32,000 nt of DNA from Wallemia ichthyophaga EXF-994 (Eukaryota > Fungi > Basidiomycota): the NCBI RefSeq assembly GCF_000400465.1, contig NW_008806299.1, positions 56,646 to 88,645 of the forward strand. Reading direction: 5' to 3'. The notes beneath the pieces were generated by a model, which made no database searches, was not told the DNA's origin, and worked only from the letters and a program-made list of their open reading frames with translations. A program made the position numbers and the translations under genes. Of this stretch, positions 10,342 to 20,589 are shown piece after piece; position 1 is the first letter of the stretch; each line of letters opens with the position of its first letter.

Positions 10342-11630
10342 GTGCGTAACGTGTTTCTGACCACCTCCCAATTTCCCGATATCCTCGATCAATGCATATC
10401 AAGTTAGTTACAAGGAAAAGGAGACTCGCTGGAGAATTACAAAAATCATTTTGGCGAGCATTATGCGGGTTCATGCTAGTTTATGCTTAATTCGAGTCTT
10501 TTGAGGTGGTGGAGATAGCGTTTAAGGGGTTGTGAATATATCGATGTAGATGACATTTACAATAGTTTAAGAGCTCAACAAAACCTCTAGACTACTTTCT
10601 GGCTTTCTCTGTAGCCTCCTTACTTTCTTTAGCGTGCTCGGCACTTTTTGACTCATTGATTGATTAGTGGAGCCAATTGGATACTGCTTATTCGCAACCA
10701 CAGAATTCTTGCATATTTGAATTCTAAAAGCATAATTGAATACATCATGCCTTTAATCCCTGCCAAATTTCTTTAGCGAAGCAACCGGCTTCTGATCGGC
10801 GTTAAACGGATTTACGACATTTCGGTGCTTTCAGATCAGGCATGCATCTAAGAACTGATATTTCATTGCTTAGCTGGACTTTCTTCACCTTTCAGAAGAC
10901 ATGTCGCTGAAAAATTCCTGTGAGCCGCAGTTGAAATTAATGTCACTATTTCGATGACATTTCCATCGTTGGCGAAGAGCGCTGAATATTGCGGCTCACT
11001 AGAGACAGTGTCAGCAGCGAATCTCTGAGGTTTAAACCTAAACACATTTCTGTTTGCACCTTGAAAACAGCACCTGCATTCAAATGTTGCATTGAACGCG
11101 TTGTCTGCGTTGGCCTCGCTGCACTCTTTGAGCTATCACACTTGCAGCAAGTAGTGCAGAAGTGTACATCATGCTCCTTTGAATTTCAATCGAAATACAG
11201 ATGATTTGCAGTTGCTGATACATTACGTCTCACTATAGACAAAGTAAAGTTTAATAGATGATAGCATTTTGATAGTTTGGCTGTGTGTTGAAGGCGATAT
11301 GAATATTTATTTTGCAAAAAACCCACAACACTAATATACCCCGTGATATCACAACGTTCCTTTTTCTGTGAAACAGGAACAATTTTGTCGCTAAAAAAGT
11401 CCGATTTCAATCTAATTTATTCTTGTCTTAGATGAACAAGCAGCTCAAAAGGTGATTTAGATACTTTATACTATATATCAGCCTCAGGAAGTGTCTACGG
11501 AGATGTAGATGCCCCAAATCGCTACACCTTTGCCTCGCCTCGGGTGTTTTGCGGAACCTATGGTTATGCAGGGAATTGAAAGAACAGTCTTATATATTAA
11601 AAAGCTAGGAACCTCCCCGCGTTTCTAGCG

Positions 11631-11638
11631 TATAAATA
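11631..11638 (+). promoter_or_regulatory. TATA box of small secreted protein 1
   Basis: TATAAATA lies 55 nt before ATG 11686, followed by a CT/CA-rich leader. The paralog has TATAAAA at the same spacing. Confidence 0.65.
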
Positions 11639-11685
11639 ACGCCTTCCACTTCTCCCTTCAAACCATCAACTCAACACTAACAACA

Positions 11686-12110
11686 ATGTTCAAGCTCATC
11701 ACTGTTTCAGCTCTTCTCTCAACCGTCGCTCTCGTCGCCGCTGGTGGCCCAGCTGAGGTTAGTTCGGTGTGAGGTGTTGAGCATTTCTAACTAGTCGTTA
11801 GGTCTGCACCAGCAGAGGCGGTGGCTGGTGAGTCTATAAATCTTTATCATGAACCTCTAACGCGCATACAGTGTCGAATACCAAAGTAAGTCAGCTCTAT
11901 ATGTTCATCAAAGCTGATGAGAATTTTTCTCTAGTCACCAAGGATTGCTGTGCAGCCGTAGATCAAAACACGCGCTTCGATGAAGTATTTCATCAATGCA
12001 TTCCTCTTCTTGCCAACGGTATTAACACAGGCGGTATGGTTGATTGCTGTGAGGGCAGAGGTGCCGGATCTCGCGAGGAAGAAATCGGCGCAGCAACCAG
12101 CGTCTGTTAA
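11686..12110 (+). CDS. Small secreted 8-Cys protein SSP1, 95 aa; join(11686..11757,11802..11827,11872..11885,11935..12110)
   Basis: Spliced product MFKLITVSALLSTVALVAAGGPAEVCTSRGGGCVEYQITKDCCAAVDQNTRFDEVFHQCIPLLANGINTGGMVDCCEGRGAGSREEEIGAATSVC. Signal peptide, three GT-AG introns (44, 44, 49 nt), and the structure is validated by the paralog. Confidence 0.9.
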
Positions 12111-12309
12111 GCACGCTAGAACACAAATGCGCAATAAAAACGGATAAATTGTGTATTCTTTTCCCTAGATATATTTTATCGTGACTTTACAACATTTTAG
12201 GTGTAATTGGTGTTAATTATAAAACTAAAACTTAAACCCGAAAAATCTGAATTAAGATGCTAGAGCAAACCATTTCACAAATTTCGACAAGTTGATGCTA
12301 TTTAATAAA

Positions 12310-13010
12310 AATAGACATGCTAGAATGCTATCGGGGCGGAGTATAAGAGCGCGTTGACGGTACATGCGGTAGTGCAACACAAGGCCATTTTCTACCTACC
12401 CGATGCAAGCAGTGAGGGTACGTAGACGCAGATAAGAATTAGATCGAACGTTTGTCGCATAATTTTTGCGATCCAAGTTGTTCGAACTTAGAAGAACAGA
12501 TACTACTACACTTGATCTAAGCCAAAAGGCCAGAGGGATGGCAAATGAGAATGAATGGAGGCGCTTTTATACGCCCAGAGTAATCGTAGCGTTTAGTGCG
12601 GTTGTGATGTTGTAGAAAGGAATAAGAATGAAGATGCATCGAGATTAATTATACTGAAATGCTCCTGTTAGCTTGCTATTCAGGTTATTGCGACAATAAT
12701 GAGCAGAATCAATCCCAAAATCACAATCTGAAGGCCTTTTCGATAAAGGCAAAGACCTCCTCAGTCAGACTCTCGGAACCAATTCGTCCAAATCGAACGA
12801 AGAGAACAAAGAGCAAGCCAAGACTATAGCTGAGGGAACTACCGATCAGGCTAAAGGCAAAGGAGAATCTATCTTCGGGACTTTGTTCGGTAATCGCTTC
12901 ACAGAACCAAACGGTGTTGCCAAGGTGTGTTTTAGGTTGTGTTGACACTTGTTTGTTAACACTTACGCACAACAGGAAACCAAAGGTGAGGCTTAGGAGC
13001 ACTTTCAAGT
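12310..13010 (-). pseudogene. Degenerate multi-pass membrane protein relic
   Basis: ORF 12721..13008 (hydrophobic SLIGSSLSYSLGLLFVLFV). After a frameshift, a long frame continues as VILGLILLIIVAIT*...LRLLWAYK...FDLILICVYVPSLLA with several stops. Boundaries are approximate. Confidence 0.4.
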
Positions 13011-13612
13011 TGCCTCATATAACATTACTGCTACTATTTTAAAACTATAATGCATTGACAGCCTCTTGGTTTAAGCCATAATGTGAAGCTGTGCATGATA
13101 AAATACGGCTACTTACAATCCACATATCAGTGTCACCTGATAGCTCAAAGTCTGACTAGACTTTGACATTTTTGCCACACATGCTCGTCATCAACTGACT
13201 CTGAGGATCATTTCGTCGATGTTTTACCCTGAAATATTATCGAGAAAGTCTCGATTTAATATCTCATATTCTTTAATAGATCGTGAAAGGAATTTTTTGG
13301 GATTTTTTTTGCCATGTTCATGCGTAATAAATGCGCAAAATACCCCACATTTCTAAAAATTCCGAACGCCGCTTCAACAGTCTTTCTTGAACGCGCTGAA
13401 GGACTTAAAAGGACTTTATAAACGCTCCTATTAAAGTGAGGCTTGAAAAATGTTTATTTTGTCCTTCTATGAACAGCAAACATTAATTGATTTTGCACTT
13501 GTCGCTTCAGAACCGACTGGGCAACTTTTCGTTGAATTCGGTGGATTTAGTCAATTATTTGTGCATAAATTAACCATAGTCACCTGAAGTCACTCAACCT
13601 TATTCATTGGAG

Positions 13613-13619
13613 TATAAAA
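13613..13619 (+). promoter_or_regulatory. TATA box of small secreted protein 2
   Basis: TATAAAA lies 57 nt before ATG 13670, a position conserved with SSP1. Confidence 0.65.
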
Positions 13620-13669
13620 TGCAGGCCTTCTCACCTTCTTTATTCTCGTACCATCACAAGCAAATAACA

Positions 13670-14159
13670 ATGTACAAACTCGCTACACTCTCAGCTCTTC
13701 TTTCAGCGATTGCGCTCGTCGCAGCTGGCGGTCCAGAAATCTGCACAGGTTCAGGCGGATGGTAGGTGTTCAACATGTTGAAGTAAGAGACAGTGCTAAC
13801 TTCCACGTAATTAGCACTGAGTATCAAAGTGAGTTGGCTAAAAAGTGACAATTTTTGCTGATGGGGCTTTACCCTTCCTAGTAACGAAGGATTGTTGCGC
13901 TGCAGTTGGTGAGCGAACCTTTGAATATATTAAGACATGATTTTAACTCTCACGCCAGATCAATCAGCAAGATTCGACGAGCTTTTGAAGCAATGTGTGC
14001 CGTGAGTCTGAATTTTTACTAGCAGCCATAAGATGTCTTATGGCTAATGAAAGATATGGCGTCAACTCTATCGACACGGGAGCAATGGTCAGCTGCTGCG
14101 AAAGCAGAGGCGCCGGTAGCAGTGCAGAAAGCTTTGGAGCTGACAACCCAACCTGTTAA
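13670..14159 (+). CDS. Small secreted 8-Cys protein SSP2, 93 aa; join(13670..13761,13815..13828,13882..13908,13959..14001,14054..14159)
   Basis: Spliced product MYKLATLSALLSAIALVAAGGPEICTGSGGCTEYQITKDCCAAVDQSARFDELLKQCVPYGVNSIDTGAMVSCCESRGAGSSAESFGADNPTC. Four GT-AG introns (53, 53, 50, 52 nt). About 65% identical to SSP1 by hand alignment (62/95). Confidence 0.9.
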
Positions 14160-14577
14160 GCGAGCTAGTCGCAATCATTAAAGAGATCGACGGAAAATCT
14201 CAAACGGAATCAATTGTATACTTCTCTCAACATGACTCAAATTTATCTTCATTCCAAAAAAAAAAATACTTACATTTGCGTATTCAAGTGAGTTTAAGAA
14301 ATTTCGGAGATGGAGGTAGGCTGTCATGTATATGTGCTCGTGTTTCGCAAATCGCGGTACATTTCGCAATTACCATGCTATAGAAATTTCATGATCTGTA
14401 TAATACATTTTTAATACGCTAAGGGAATTATGAGTCAAGAAACGCTTCCAGTAAATTCGGCACCCCCTTTGACTCCTCATGCTTTAGGAAGTATTGATGG
14501 ACGCATTGATTGACGCAGTCTTAAATATGTATCGTCTTAACACTTTATTCAGATTTCATCATTGAGGGGCCTATGAG

Positions 14578-15013
14578 CTACTTAGCTTCGGGAATTTCTG
14601 CAACGCATTTGATTACTTGGTCTACATATTGAATTTCTTTAGCTTTATCATCTGGAATTTCTCTGAAATAGGTGCATAAGAGGGTATGGGGGACTAAAAA
14701 CCACCAATCACATAGAATACTCATTTTCAATAGACATAAGTATTTCAGCCACATCTAAGCCATTCAAACCTAAATTGTCTTTAAAGGCAGAATCAGAACG
14801 TATCTATGAAGATAATGAGTATGCTACCATACAGGCTAAACATATGTCTCACCCTATCACCATTAACCTGATTGAATAACTTTAAAAGGAAACTTCTGCA
14901 TTGGATTTCGGCCTTTGAGAGGGCGCCACTAGCGTAAAGTCGGAATTGTTGGACTTGAAGACGCTCGCCGGCATTGCTATTTTGTTGATCAAGCCAAATT
15001 GTAATCTTAACAT
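14578..15013 (-). pseudogene. Mitochondrial-type acyl carrier protein paralog lacking the phosphopantetheine Ser (probable pseudogene); exons 15013..14853, 14803..14712, 14662..14578
   Basis: Spliced mature region RLYASGALSKAEIQCRSFLLKLFNQVNGDR-IRSDSAFKDNLGLNGLDVAEILMSIENEYSI-EIPDDKAKEIQYVDQVIKCVAEIPEAK* matches the mtACP/NDUFAB1 pattern (LGLDSLD..E..M..E.EF.IEIPD). It has two 49-nt introns. The presequence-like MLRLQFGLINKIAMPASVFK from ATG 15013 is out of frame by 1 nt. Confidence 0.8.
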
Positions 15014-15338
15014 GATACTTGCTTTAGAGAACAAATAATCACACTTATCGTTTTACTTCAAGTTTAGAAGTATGTCGTTCATGTTTAAAACTCACTATTC
15101 ATTAGACATGAGAATGAGAAGACTGGTGAGGTTCAAATGAGTGAAAATAAACAATCAGCGGCCGCTGTCGCAATAACTCACAGACCAATCGTCCCTGGGA
15201 GGTTTGAGTCATTAGCTATTTTGAATGGCAAATTTGAAGCGTGATGTGAGACAATTGATATTAAGTTAATCAGTGTCGTATAGACGGATATTAAGCGAAA
15301 GTGACTAGAATGCAAGCGTGTTTAGTATAGGCATGTTT

Positions 15339-16200
15339 TTAGCCATCTATTTCCGTGTAAAATTCTCCTAATCCATCCGTATCTTCTTCATGGTTATCTT
15401 CTAAGATGTCTTCCCATTTTGGATGAGAGGGATTGAAGTCTTTGGCATAAAATATTCTTAATTATTTAGAAGCTTTGTCAGGATCTATATTGTTTTTGTA
15501 ATCCCCAATAACATGTTAAAGCCTTGCGTGCGTATAAGTAAACCTGTTCAACGCAACTATATCATATACATATTACTCAGTAGGTATGTTTTGCCCTTCA
15601 ATAATGGTAATAAATTACCTGATAGTCTTTCGTTGAACATCTCATTGATGTCAGGTGAGAACTGATTTTTGTCATGGTGAACTTTATATTTTGTGTCTTA
15701 GCTGCATTTTCAACACTAAAATCTCATGATTTGAGCTTATAATTGTCTTGCTCATATTAAACCTTTCTGATGCTTCCGTCCAACCCGACGTTTCTGCTCC
15801 TGATACAGCTTAAAATTACCAGATTTGACAGCTAAGGGAATTCATGGAGATTTTTCCTGGGGCTAAAGACGGATTGCGCGATGAGACTGCTGAGAACTGT
15901 CTGGCGGTGCATATCCTCAAAAGCTCTTTCGAAAGCTCTGTCATGTTTTCAGCTTTGAAACTGCTCCCTGCATTTCTAATTTGTTACTGACTAAATATCC
16001 TAATCATATGCTTCCATAGATGGTCGCAAAATTCATATTGACTAGCTAAGGAATGTCAAATATTAACTTCTCATCTTTGAGTCTTAAAGGAAGTTTGGAG
16101 TATTTAAATGCACCACTGTGTACAGGAAATTACACCAGAAATAAGTCAGATATTTTTGCTATCGTGATGGCCATATAATTTTCTCACTTAAGCTTACCCA
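15339..16200 (-). pseudogene. F-box/LRR-like pseudogene (paralog of the 18.0-19.1 kb relic)
   Basis: DIVALNRFTYTHARL*HVIGD (about 15563-15500) aligns with DIRALNTFIDAHPSLTTVID (about 18161-18100). It has an acidic C-terminus ending TAA at 15339, plus multiple stops and frameshifts. The 5' boundary is approximate. Confidence 0.55.
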
Positions 16201-16320
16201 CGCCTTCAAGACAAGGTGAATATAGCATCGTTAAACGCAAGAAAAAGCAATAAATTTAATATGAAAATCCAAATAGCATTCAATGTTGCAACATATATCC
16301 TATATAAAATCCTTCTGCAT

Positions 16321-17621
16321 CTACTGCAACTCGACACCTGAATCCGATACTTCTTGGGTTTGTTTCAGTTCAGCCATACGGCTAGCTCTGCCCCTGCTGT
16401 CTTTGTAGAAGACAATATCTCCTTGGTCTTCGACAAAAACGCAATCGCGGTAGGTCTTGTATAGTGAGACAAAGAAATTCTCGTCCGAGTAGTTGTAATG
16501 AGGTCCGAGATAAGTTTTGAGTGCATCTGTCGCCTTCCAGGCATTATAGTGTGGTATTTTTGAGCAAACATGATGAGCAATATGGGTTTCGCAAATGCCA
16601 TGCAATATATAGGTACCGACTGGACCCATAAACACTCTGTCGATGGTGCAGAGAGCGCCTCTCTGGAAGTTCCACAGACCATCCCGGTAGCGAGGTACAC
16701 TCGGGTCAGTGTGCTGCAAGAATGTGACACTGACCAACCAGCAGTTTACCCAGAGATATGGTATGAGATAGTGGAACACGACCTCGCGGAATCCTCTCTG
16801 CTGTCCCCAAACAAAAAGCCCCAGTAGTACTCCTGCAATACCTACATCAGACAGCACAACCTGACCAAAGTGGCGCGTATCAAAGATTGCAGCATATGGG
16901 TTAAAGTGACTGGTCCACTTTGGATAGCGCTGGCCCGATACATTCATGAGGAGATATAGCGGCCATCCAACGAGCTGCTGAATGAGGAGATTGAGGAGTA
17001 CCACCAGCGGCGCGTCTTCGAGGACCTCTGAAAGTCTTAGCTGCTCCTCTTCCGGCACATCGACACCAGTGACGACGTTTTCGTCTGCATTTTCGTAGTC
17101 TAGCGTCAAAGCTCTAGTTTCAGAACGCGTCTGTGGAACGAAGACTTGATCTTTGTTCATGTGTCCAATACCAGCGTGGTGTTTTGCGTGGCTTATTTTC
17201 CAGCTATAGTAGGGGACGAGGAGGATGGAATGAAGAATAAATCCGACCATGTTGTTGATATATTTACGGTTGGAGTAGGCGTAATGGCCGCATTCATGTG
17301 CCAGCACCCACAATCCAGTAAACGACAGGCCCTGAGCGAACCAGAAAAAGGACCACAGCGCAGATGATACAACTGAGGAGGTGTAATATCCACCTGAAAG
17401 CTGAGTTAGGTATGGAATGTACACGCTTCCCTTGATTAGCAAGCCACTTAGTAAAACATTCTGTAAGACATATCGACTCGACTTAATTGCTGAACGCTGA
17501 AAACACTCCTTCCTGTGGCAAATAACGTTAGCATTCACCCGGGTAAAAGCTTAGAGACACACGGGATTGCCCCTATTAAGTCTTTGATTGTGATCTGTGG
17601 AAGGGTGAATTTTTCGACCAT
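16321..17621 (-). CDS. FAD2: Delta-12 (omega-6) fatty acid desaturase; exons 17621..17563 and 17512..16321
   Basis: His boxes HECGH, HAKHH and HIAHH, plus TFLQHTDP and RGALCTIDR. A 50-nt GTGTGT..CTAAC..CAG intron restores MVEKFTLPQITIKDLIGAIPKECFQRS. Confidence 0.95.
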
Positions 17622-17999
17622 GGTAAGTTAACGATAAGCTGTTCAACTTTACATGCTGCACGTTTGTCAATTGCCCAGACTCTCGTAACTGCCCGAATGA
17701 ACGCATAAGACCTCCACTTCACAGAGCATGAGCGGAATGCGAAAATGAGACTGTGCTCGATCTTAGTATCTGAAATTTCTTCAACTATACTGATAGTTGC
17801 TGCGACCTTAATAAAACCTAATTTAATTAAATGAAAGCTCCCCTTTCCCAATATTCGTGCCTCGTGATGTGAATTAGTGACCTTCATGAGTGGAGTGACA
17901 GCTGGGCACTTGGATGATTGATTGATTGAAATTTAATACATTTATGTCTAATTGATAGGTATTGAAAAGCGTTGATTGGGTTGTTAGGATTTGAAAAGA

Positions 18000-19130
18000 T
18001 TATGCTTTCAGTCTAATCGTCATAAAGACTCTTACTCGGTGTATACTTAACAAAGAAGAGCTTCTTGAGACATGGCTTCGGTTTAATCCCAACATAGCTT
18101 TATCAATAACTGTGGTCAAAGATGGATGTGCATCGATGAAGGTATTCAGAGCTCTTATGTCAATGCCGTCGGAGATAGCCGATAAATTCAACAATTCTAG
18201 TCTTGGGAAAGCCCTCTCAAAGTGACCTTCGTTAAATGTCAAGATAAACTTCGGACTTTGTAATCCACAGATGTTCAGTGCTCTCAAATTTCTGCTCTAA
18301 GTCATGTTCCAGTTCAAGCAAGACAATGTTTAGTTTGAAAGACAGTTAAATTGTCAGAAGCACCTCTCCAATTCGATATTGCGCTAATTCGCCATATTGT
18401 GGTAGTTTCAATTTCCTGGTAATTGGCATTGATCAAGGTCCATATTGCAGTGATCAACATCGAGACTTTTCAATTGTCTCATCTCTTGTGGTATTGGCAA
18501 TGGCGGAAATGTTTTATGTTCTAAAGGTTGACGATGGACGTGGAGCGCTTTCAACTCGGGCATCAGATTGAGAATATCTGAAAGCGAAGCACCTTGAAAT
18601 TCACAGATTTTTATGAAGCAATTGAAAATTTATGGTAAGGTGCATTGACTGTCGACATTTTCGAATTACCCCAAGTAGGTTAGGTTTAATTAAGATACAA
18701 ATTGCGTAAGCTGCTACGTGGAGTTAAGAGAAATGAACAGGTCGAATTTCGACTCCTTTACTAATAAGATCGACAATGAAGACATTCTCTCACTTCAAAT
18801 TGGAAGGGATAGAAGTGGGGGAATGAATCAGTTAATCGCAATCTGAATCCGTTCAAATTCAAGTCTGCTGAGCAACTTTTTGCAGATATTGTTGTAAAAA
18901 ATATATATTGTAAGCTGTCAAAATAAGCTCGACTATCCCTGCATGCTGTCTGCAAGGGGCAGCTATCCAATTCTTGATTGTTAGAATGTCTTCTTCGTCT
19001 CGATTTCGAAGTTAGCTCTCCTGTAGAAGCTTGTTGTAACTATCGATAATGTCTGCAATTGTTGTTATGATATCTAGAGGGAGATTCGCACCGTTGGGCA
19101 GGAGTGTTGTTGGTGTTTGAGATGTTAGAG
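18000..19130 (-). pseudogene. F-box/LRR-like pseudogene
   Basis: N-terminal NLPLDIITTIADII (about 19085-19045). LRR-like LNLMPELKALHV, LKSLDVDHC, LRALNICGL and LELLNLS occur in one frame interrupted by at least five stops, with more stops and a frameshift upstream. No start codon was found. Confidence 0.65.
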
Positions 19131-19292
19131 TACAAGGTCAAAGATTTCAAAAGTTATCGCAATTAGGGATTTTGTTGGTGCCTTATATTCCCAGTATTCT
19201 CAGCATTCCAACAGCTCTTCAACTTCCTTTAAATTTTGCTCATAACGTAATTAGTGTATCTCCATCGAACAATGCGCTCATTCATCAATAAA

Positions 19293-20303
19293 ATGTCTAC
19301 AAAATCTGTAATTAACTGGGCATCCAAAGACGGTGAATTCAGGTGAGAATAGATTATCATAACGTTGCTACATACTCACCTCACATAGACGACAAACGTC
19401 CGCTTTCAGAGACGCCATAAAGAGTGGCACACAATTCGAACCACAGAGCAACCGCTACCATCTAGTCGTCTCTTATGCCTGTCCGTGGGCACACAGGGCG
19501 CTCATTACCCGTGCTCTCAAAGGTCTACAGGCCTTTTTGCCTTACAGCGTTGTCCACCCGTTCCTTGGCGAGAAAGGCTGGTCGTTCGATAAAGACTTTC
19601 CTGGCTCAACTGGCTGTCTTATTGAAGGCGCTCAAGCAACTCAGTAGGTCACTCCAACTACTCTCACTATTTCTCACATTACGTCAGCTTACGTGATCTA
19701 TATTTCACAGCGAACAAAGATTACGACGCACGATTCACCGTGCCAATCATTTGGGATAAGCAGCAGAACACCATCGTATCCAACGAATCCTCAGAAATAA
19801 TTCGCTTCCTCAACGACTTGAACACCACCGGCGGCGACCTTTATCCAGATCATTTGAAAAGCGAGATTGACGAGCTCAATGAGTGGGTATACCATACCGT
19901 AAACAACGGCGTGTACAAGTCTGGCTTCGCTACGACGCAGCAAGCTTATGAGAACAATGTCAAGCCATTGTTCGCATCTCTTGATAGGCTGGAGGCTATT
20001 TTGTCAGATGGGAGAGACTTTTTGGTCGGTGGTCAGCTCACAGAGGCTGATATCAGGCTGTTCACTACGATTATACGCTTCGATCCAGTTTATGTGGGTC
20101 ATTTCAAATGCAACCTCGGCAGCATCAGACACAACTACCCACACATCAACACCTGGATGAAGAAGTTGTATTGGAAGAACGACGCCTTCAAGTCCACCAC
20201 TAACTTTGAACACATCAAATTCCACTACTACAACTCGCACCGCCAGATAAATGGTACTGGAGTTGTGCCACTTGGTCCAAACCCAAACATTGAGCCACTT
20301 TGA
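19293..20303 (+). CDS. ECM4: Glutathionyl-hydroquinone reductase / Xi(omega-like)-class GST, 306 aa; join(19293..19342,19389..19643,19688..20303)
   Basis: WASKDGEFRRQTSAFR, RYHLVVSYACPWAHR, RFTVPIIWD, NESSEIIR, VNNGVYKSGFA, RFDPVYVGHFKCN and HIKFHYY motifs. Two GT-AG introns (46, 44 nt). Confidence 0.93.
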
Positions 20304-20508
20304 GTGAGTGTGCTTTATGCTTGACATTTGACGCTTTTGCATGACTGCAATTTGTTTAAATGTATGAATGTTGACTGGCTATAATAATTTATTAATATAC
20401 TTTATGTCTTTCTGTAAGTGCATCCCGCGTGGATTTGATGAGATCGAAACAGACAGTCTAATGACTTATTTGCAGGGAAGAGTGAATAAATCGAGTCAAT
20501 GTGCAAAA

Positions 20509-20589
20509 AGGTCTTGCCCGGATTCGAACCGGGGTTAATGGAAGTTTATGCGTCAAAATCCACGGTGATAACCGCTACACTACAAAACC
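20509..20589 (-). tRNA. tRNA-Gln(UUG) with a roughly 9-nt intron after position 37
   Basis: GGTTTTG/CAAGACC acceptor stem, GTGGA/TCCAT anticodon stem with TT-TTG-A loop interrupted by CGCATAAAC, CCCGG-TTCGAAT-CCGGG T arm, and a T-run Pol III terminator. Confidence 0.93.

Noticed and set aside
11686-14159. Calling SSP1/SSP2 hydrophobins
   Set aside because: The Cys order is C-C-CC-C-CC-C, not C-CC-C-C-CC-C. Any relationship needs structural evidence.
15339-19130. RIP-like C-to-T hypermutation as the cause of the stops
   Set aside because: It cannot be shown without an intact reference copy. Several stops sit where Leu or Tyr codons are expected (transversions), and the duplicated SSP and velvet genes are undamaged.
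20545-20553. Very short tRNA intron as a novelty
   Set aside because: It is at the canonical 37/38 position, and short tRNA introns are ordinary in fungi.
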